Shown here in pieces: positions 35,437-64,000 of a stretch of 64,000 nucleotides of DNA (positions are counted from its first letter, which is position 1; each line of letters begins with the position of its first letter). Position numbers and translations under genes: made by a program. Location of the stretch: NCBI RefSeq assembly GCF_009834535.1, contig NC_045711.1, positions 48,546,001 through 48,610,000 on the forward strand. Reading direction: 5' to 3'. The stretch is from Camelus ferus (taxonomy: Eukaryota). The notes below the pieces were generated by a model. That model saw only the letters and a program-made list of their open reading frames with translations. It ran no database searches and was not told the DNA's origin.

Positions 35437-37311
35437 GTCTCAGGGGCTGGTCAATGATTGACTGGCATTTCACAGGCCGCTGGTTCCAGACCCCTGTTGA
35501 CCCTTTGAGGTCAACCTCCCTAAGCCAGAGCCCCTTCCTACCTCTTCAGTGCCAGTGGTCGCCTCCACTGCTCGCAGACCCAGTACCTGCCACCTAAAGA
35601 TATCTGCAGGCAGATCTCATGCACCGCCCTCTGCCCTTTGGTTTGCTGCCCTCTGTCCTTCAGACACCCCCTCCTCTGCAGCTGTCTCTCTCTCCCCAGG
35701 CCCCTCACTGGACTCTTCTGGCAAACTCTCAGGTCAGCCCAGTCCCCTGGCCCCCTCCCTTCTCCCCCTGAGGCTCCCCTCTGCCTTTGTCCCTCAGACA
35801 TCCCCTTTCCTTGGCTGTCCTGCCAGGCCATGCTGGAGGGGCAGTTGAAGGGAGAAGCGAAACGGCAGCGGCAGTGCTTACCCTGCCCCCCTTCCTCTCC
35901 TCTTGTCAAACACCAGACAAGGTTTTTTCCCCTTCCTTCCTGGCTCTGAATGGGCTCATTCTTTTTGGGAAACTCAGCCCCTCTGGAGCCTCCTCCCGGG
36001 GCGTGAGTTCTGACCCCCCGCTCCTCCCCCATTCCCACTCCAGCCACCCCTCCTGCTGGCTCCGCTCTCTCTCAGCAGCCCACTAGGGCTCAGCATTGTT
36101 TCCTCCTGGGATCTGGGATACAGAGAGGGTGGGCTTGTCTGGTGGGGCAGAAGTAGGGGGTAGGGTGGGGAGGCAAGATCTTTATGGAGGAAGGGACCAG
36201 TATTCACTCAGATTTCTTGGAGGACCCCACCTCTGACTCCTCTACAGGAGCACTCAGGGAAAGTGGGTTCATATACATTTGATTCGGGGTTCTGGAGCAG
36301 AAATGGATAAAACTGAAGCCTCCTGTCTCAGTTTCTGTTACCTTGGGATCTCTTCTGCAAAAAAGTGAAAGATAATATCCCCTCCTCTGGCACCTGAGGG
36401 CTCAGTGAGATGAGGAGGGTGGCTCTAGGACAGAGAGTGGCACAGAGTAGGGGGTCCAGTAAAGGATGGCACCACAGCAACTTTCATGGCAGGATGAACC
36501 CTCCTAACACAATGGCAGGGAGCGTGGGGCCTGGGGGAGAAGGGACATCTCTAACCCTGACTCTAACACCCTGATGGTCTCTTGAAACTGCAATCTTGGG
36601 CGCCCAGTGCAAGCCCTCCAGTATGTGACCAGCAAGTGACTCTTGGAGCTGGAGCAGCATCTCCTCTCCTGGAAGGGCTGAGAGGCTGCGGGTCTGAGAA
36701 GCACTTTGACTAGGTCCTGGGCTGGGTGACAGGGTGAGGGTGAGAGGCTGGTTTTGCTGGCTATTCAGCTTTTCCCTCATTGGCCCTGAGAATGTCTTGA
36801 GCAAACTGGTTAATGTGTTTGTGAGCTTCACCCTGGAGAAAATAGGGATATTGATGTTCATCCCGAAGGGCTCTGTGCCCCATACACAGCAGAATTTCTT
36901 GACTATTTGTGACCATAATCCAAAGAATAAATCCATTGTACCTCATCATCCAGGGCACATATGCTGTTACCTACCTTACCTGTACTACATATGATACAGT
37001 GAATCTTTTCTATTCCATTCTATATCTTAAAAACAAAACAAAACAAAACTTGTCTTGATCATTAAAATTGGCTTCACAACCAAGCTTCTAGTGAATCCTG
37101 ACCTGCAGTTTGAACATCGCTGGTTAGAGCTGGAGGGGGACTTCCCATGGTGTTAAGGAGATGTAAGCTTCAGGCCCCTCATTTGCAAGTATGTGTCTAA
37201 TTTTGTATTCATACATTTGTTTTCCTTTTCTTAACGAGCTACCCCAAATTTCGTAAGCTTCAGACCCCACAAAACCTGGATCTGCCCAAGTATAACTAAA
37301 CCTGTGACCGT

Positions 37312-37530
37312 TTATTGAGCAATTACCATGTGCTAAGTACTATTACTTACTATGAGCTTCAAGAGTATTATCTCCTTTAACCCCTAGCACGGTATGCCAG
37401 ATGCTGTTTACAAGTGAGCAAACTAAGATCTAGAGTGGCTCGGTCACTTGCCCAAGCTCACACAGCTAACATGTGATGGAGTTGAGATTTGAACTGAGGT
37501 CATTCTGATCCCAGGGTGCCCTGTTCTCAA
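37312..37530 (-). mobile_element. MIR
   Basis: TTTATTGAGCAATTACCATGTGCTAAG..GGTCACTTGCCCAAGCTCACACAGCTA..GAGATTTGAAC. Confidence 0.7.
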
Positions 37531-37681
37531 GTCCCCTCCTGTGAAAGTGCCGGCCTAGACCCAAGCTAGGAATAAGGAAGCAGTTTAAGAAATGCTAATG
37601 TCCTTCCTTCTCCAGTCCCCAGTAGGTGCCTCTGATCCCCTCTTGACCAGCACAGGCATCCTCTAGGCTGAGCATTCCAAA

Positions 37682-37780
37682 TAGAGTTGCCGGATTTAGC
37701 AAATAAAAATAAAAATGCCCAGTTAAATTTGAATTTCAGATAAACAACAAATAACTTAAGTATATTTTGTGCAATTATTT
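37682..37780. mobile_element. MER53 (hAT) left-half fragment upstream of the ERBB2 promoter
   Basis: TAGAGTTGCCGGATTTAGCAAATAAAAAT..ATGCCCAGTTAAATTTGAATTTCAGATAAACAAC matches the recalled MER53 consensus arm. Confidence 0.7.
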
Positions 37781-38756
37781 CGTTAACATTTCCAACAAAA
37801 ACACACCTTCTTTCCAACCCCCCTCCCCACCGCCAGCCGGGCCTTAGGAACAGGGTCAGGGGCTCCAGGTGGAATGCAAAGTGGGGAGGTGGAATTGAGC
37901 AGGCTAATAAAAGACAAGGGACAGAGAAGGATCCTTGGAGGAATTGGGTGCTGAGTGTCTGGTAAAGAAACAAGGATGTTCTTTGAAGGATTGAGATGAA
38001 GGTTTCTCCAACTTGACTCTCTCCCCAGACTTGTGGACCCCCTTAAAACCATGCTTTTCAGACTGGAAAAGATACCTAAAAGATTCAAGAAGGTATGCTA
38101 GGGAGTCCTTGAAGCCGCAGGTTAAACACAACACATTCCCTTTCTTGACTAGCAATTTTACTTGAGGATGTGGTAGTAAAACCATTATTTGATATTAAAA
38201 CAAATAGGCATGTGATGGAGTAAGATGCAAACGGCAAGGAATGTTCAAGATAAAACCTGCGACTTAAAAGAAAGTTAAGGATGTTGTAAGCTAGTTTGCT
38301 CCAGATTCCCGAGGGAGGGGGCGCGATCAGCCTCCTCTGTTTTGTCGGGTTCTCCATGGAAACGGCTGAGAACTGCTGCGGGCAACCCCGGCGTCCGGGG
38401 CGCTGGGAACAACGCACCCCAGGCCTGCGCGGAGAGAGGGAGAAAGTGAAGCTGGGAGTTGCCACTCCCAGGGACTTGCTGGAATGCGGTTGGAGGGGGT
38501 GGGGGGGGGGCGAGCTGTGAGCGCGCTTGCTCCCAATCACGGGAGGAGGAGGAGGAGGCTGGAGGAGGAGGGCTGCCTTGAGGAAGTACACGAATGAAGT
38601 TGTGGAGCTGAGATTCCCCTCCATCGTGCCCACAGAGCCGAGAAGAGCCCGCGAGGCAGCCGGCCGCCCCTCCGCGGGGTGCCCTTTCCGGTGCAAGCGC
38701 CCGGCCCCCTCCCCCTCGCCCGCCCGGCGCCCTGCCCGCCTGGTCCAGCCGGAGCC

Positions 38757-38777
38757 ATGGGGCCGGAGCCGCAGTGA
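38757..38777 (+). other. ERBB2 5' leader uORF MGPEPQ*
   Basis: ATG GGG CCG GAG CCG CAG TGA ending 5 nt before the main ATG (38783); matches the known inhibitory HER2 uORF. Confidence 0.9.
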
Positions 38778-38782
38778 GCACC

Positions 38783-61309
<22,527 letters not shown>

Positions 61310-61944
61310 GCCAAAAGGCCAGGTCTGCTGAGGCTCTGCTGAACCCTCAGGGTGTGTGGAAGGCCTGACTTCTGGCCCGTGTCGGGGACAAGGCAGGGAG
61401 AGGGCCCTTGGACCACATCCAGGGGAGCCTGCCATGCCAGGAGTCTTCCTTCCTACTCCAATTCCTGGGTGGCTGAGAGTGGTTCAGCCTGGTTGGAAGA
61501 GGGGGCAGCACTGGGAGTCTTGATTAACTTTGGAGCCCTGCCTGCCCCAGCAAACTCTAGGGCCCACTGGATGCCACAGCCACAGTCTCCTTCTCTGAGG
61601 GAGCAGCTCAGCCTGATTGTCGTCTTCCAGATCCTTGGCACTGAAGGACTTAGGGGAGCTGGGCCCAGGAGGGGACGAGGCCCCACGGTGGGTGTCTAGG
61701 AGCCAGAGCAACCCATTTGGAGACTGTCCTGAGACTGCTGCCCCTGGGAAGAAGGGAGCAGCAGCAGCGCCCAGATCCAGCCCTTGTACAGAGTGCTTTT
61801 TTGGTTTTGTTTTTACTTATGTTTTTTTGTTTGTTTTTTTAAGATGAAATAAGGACTCGGTGGAGAGTGGGTACTGTGGAAGGGGGGGATCCCTGGGGTT
61901 GAGGGAGGCATGTCCCTTCTCCGTACCCACTTTCTCCATTTGCA

Positions 61945-61950
61945 AATATA
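61945..61950 (+). terminator. Probable ERBB2 poly(A) signal (AATATA variant)
   Basis: CCATTTGCAAATATATTTTAGAAAACAGCT resembles the recalled 3' end of human ERBB2 mRNA; the upstream hexamer at 61848..61853 is AATAAG. Confidence 0.55.
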
Positions 61951-62492
61951 TTTTAGAAAACAGCTGGGCGCCAGCCTATATCTGGGGGTGGCTCTAAGCC
62001 GTCCCATTACCGCTTACCTCCTAACTTACATTTAATTAATTCATCTTTCCTGGAGGGATTGGCTAAGAATCTTCAGGAAGCTTGAATAAGGAGCCTGCTT
62101 CCAGTTTCCTGGCTTTTGGGTTGGGGGGAAACTCAAGAGTTGGGATTCTGATCTGAGAGCCCTCTGATGACCAGATCATTCTTCCTTAGGAAAAATGAAC
62201 TTCTAAGGCCACCCATGAAAAGGGGGGTAATTTCTTCCCTGTGGGTAGAGGGAGTTGGGGAATGATAGAGGAAAGACGAGGCAGCACCTACTGTGTGACT
62301 CATTTTCCTTGCCTTGGCTATGAGAGAAGAGATCATTGAATTAGGGGCAGCTATCCAGAAAAAGCCCACCCAGCCAGCACAGTCACAGTGGTATAAAGGC
62401 TAGGCTGGCCTCTGTACCCCTCTCCCCTCGCCCCACAGTGCCAGACTGGACAAAAAAACACACAAGAGCAGGCACAGTGTTTGTAGTGCCAC

Positions 62493-62498
62493 TTTATT
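62493..62498 (-). terminator. MIEN1 poly(A) signal
   Basis: TTTATT on + (AATAAA on -), 350 nt after the MIEN1 stop. Confidence 0.8.
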
Positions 62499-62847
62499 GC
62501 CAATAGCTGACATTGCCTGGGGCCAGTGGAAAATAAATTAGAATTATGGTAACATCTGACAGGTATGGCTAAGCTGGAGAGGGGAGCAGGCTTTTGTGGG
62601 CACTGATCCTGGGAAAGGGGTATAAGGTGGCTGTGGAAATGTCCATGGAGAGGGTCTCTCTTCCACCCCCAAGACCACAGAAGCATCTATTCCTTCCTAG
62701 TACCCAAAGGGGTGAAGTGGAGGCCATGGCCTCTTAGCTACCAGGAGCTAAGTGAGGTGAAACAGGCAGTGGGGAGCCCTCAGCAGGACCAAAGAGGCAC
62801 CAAGGCTTGGATCCCATAAGAGAGCAGAAACCCAGAATCACGTGTAG

Positions 62848-63831
62848 TCACAGGATGACGCAGGGAGGGCGGCTATTGGTGATCTTTTCTAGGGGTTCTC
62901 CGTTACTGGCTCTTCGGATGGCCTCAATGAGCTGAAGGGCAGAGACGGGGAAAGGGGTGATGCATTCGTTGTAGGGACAGAGTGAACCAGGGGTCTTCCC
63001 AGCATTGCAAGTACTCACATCTTTCTCATAAGGAAAGCCTCCATTCTCCAGCTTAGAGAACACCAGCTGTCCATTGATCTCGATCTCAAAGGCCCCTGGT
63101 ATTAAATAAACCGATGAGTGAACTGTGTACTGAGAACAGGCAAAAGTTAGGGGAGGCCCTTCAAAGAGGGGCCCTCTCCACTCCTTAGTCCTAACAGTTA
63201 GCCTCCCTGTCCCTCACGGGCCCCATCAGAGACTCCAAGCCATTTCCCAACCCTGGGTCAAGCCAAAGGAACCTAAGGAAGGCGTCACCTGTGTGTCCTT
63301 CCTTTGAACAGCCTCATAACTCAAAAAGGCTCCCTCCCCTCCAACCCTACACTTCAGTCTCACCTGTTTTTCCCGACAGGCTTCATCTGTGAACCCCCTT
63401 AACTATGGAAGGGGACTCAAGTTGGCTGGACATTTTACTGCATGCCAGACTGCTGGACACTATATAAAGCAGCCAATGCCAGAGTTAGAAAGTGGTAGAG
63501 TTGGGATTTATAACACTGACTCAGGTGTTCTGCGGCCTCACCTGTGCCCCCCAGGCGCGACTCGATCTCAATGCCAGGATACTGCTCCTTCACGGCACTG
63601 GCCAGCTCCAGGTAGGTCGCCTCGAAGCCACAGGGTTCACTGGGGAGAAGATACCTGGAGTCCGCCTGGGTTTCCGCGAAGGTGCCTCCGGTAGACCCAC
63701 CCTCGTCCAGCCCGGATCCCCCCACTGGCCGGAGCCGCTCACCAGTACTCAACAACGATGCGGACCCCACTGCCCGGTTCGATCTCCCCAGGAGGGGGCG
63801 CTAAGGACGTCGGTCCGGTCTCCCCACTCAT
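62848..63831 (-). CDS. MIEN1: Migration and invasion enhancer 1 (C17orf37/C35, Rdx family), 115 aa, 4 exons
   Basis: complement(join(62848..62931,63019..63095,63542..63639,63743..63831))=348 nt. [39 protein letters not shown]..., CxxC (CEPC), C-terminal CaaX CVIL. Confidence 0.97.
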
Positions 63832-63849
63832 TGCTGTCGGCTCCCCACA

Positions 63850-64000
63850 GCCGCTGCTTCCGGGTGTGACGTGTCACGCCGCGGGCACGTGACGGGGCGG
63901 GGCAGCGCGTTACGTCCGGGCGTTCCTGCAGAGGGCGGCTGCTGCTGCGTTTTTACCGTACCTCCAGCTGGAGGGCTCGGGTTGGGCGGATGGGTCCAGA
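63850..64000 (-). promoter_or_regulatory. MIEN1 CpG promoter
   Basis: ETS CTTCCGG 63857..63863, GTGAC-GT-GTCAC 63866..63877 containing TGACGT, E-box CACGTGAC 63886..63893, GC box GGGGCGGGGC 63894..63903. Confidence 0.75.

Noticed and set aside
37682-37780. miR-1302-type hairpin from MER53
   Set aside because: Only one arm of the palindromic element is present, so no fold-back precursor.
38774-38782. ORF-track start 'MST' upstream of MELAAW
   Set aside because: 38774 is a GTG overlapping the uORF stop; the true start is the Kozak ATG at 38783 (GCACCATGG).
63628-63745. Selenoprotein possibility for MIEN1 (Rdx/SelW-like family)
   Set aside because: Both CxxC cysteines are TGT codons; no in-frame TGA.

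Overview
Mammalian genomic DNA, not prokaryotic: the gene-dense core of the ERBB2/HER2 amplicon block in conserved order STARD3(+) - TCAP(+) - PNMT(+) - PGAP3(-) - ERBB2(+) - MIEN1(-). All six CDSs were rebuilt exon by exon with canonical GT-AG boundaries. Exon lengths match the human genes as I recall them, apart from single-codon indels in STARD3, TCAP and PNMT. ERBB2 exon 23 falls inside a 180-nt N gap. Young tRNA-derived SINEs of the camelid Vic-1 type, with no Alu/B1/Bov-A/PRE1/CanSINE seen, suggest a camelid genome (inference). I found no wholly new gene system. The most interesting signals are: an exon-17-like insert in ERBB2 intron 16 flanked by splice signals (candidate poison exon); a ~400-bp duplication between ERBB2 introns 7 and 9; apparent splice-site turnover in distal ERBB2 5' exons starting at the PGAP3 bidirectional promoter; loss of the ERBB2 TATA box; a DAPV instead of DVPV PDZ tail; a truncated herstatin read-through; a MIR4728-like hairpin; a PNMT RPGG->RPEG change; an in-frame stop-free MIEN1 intron 3; and a dimeric SINE. 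All comparisons with human sequence are from memory and need alignment to confirm.
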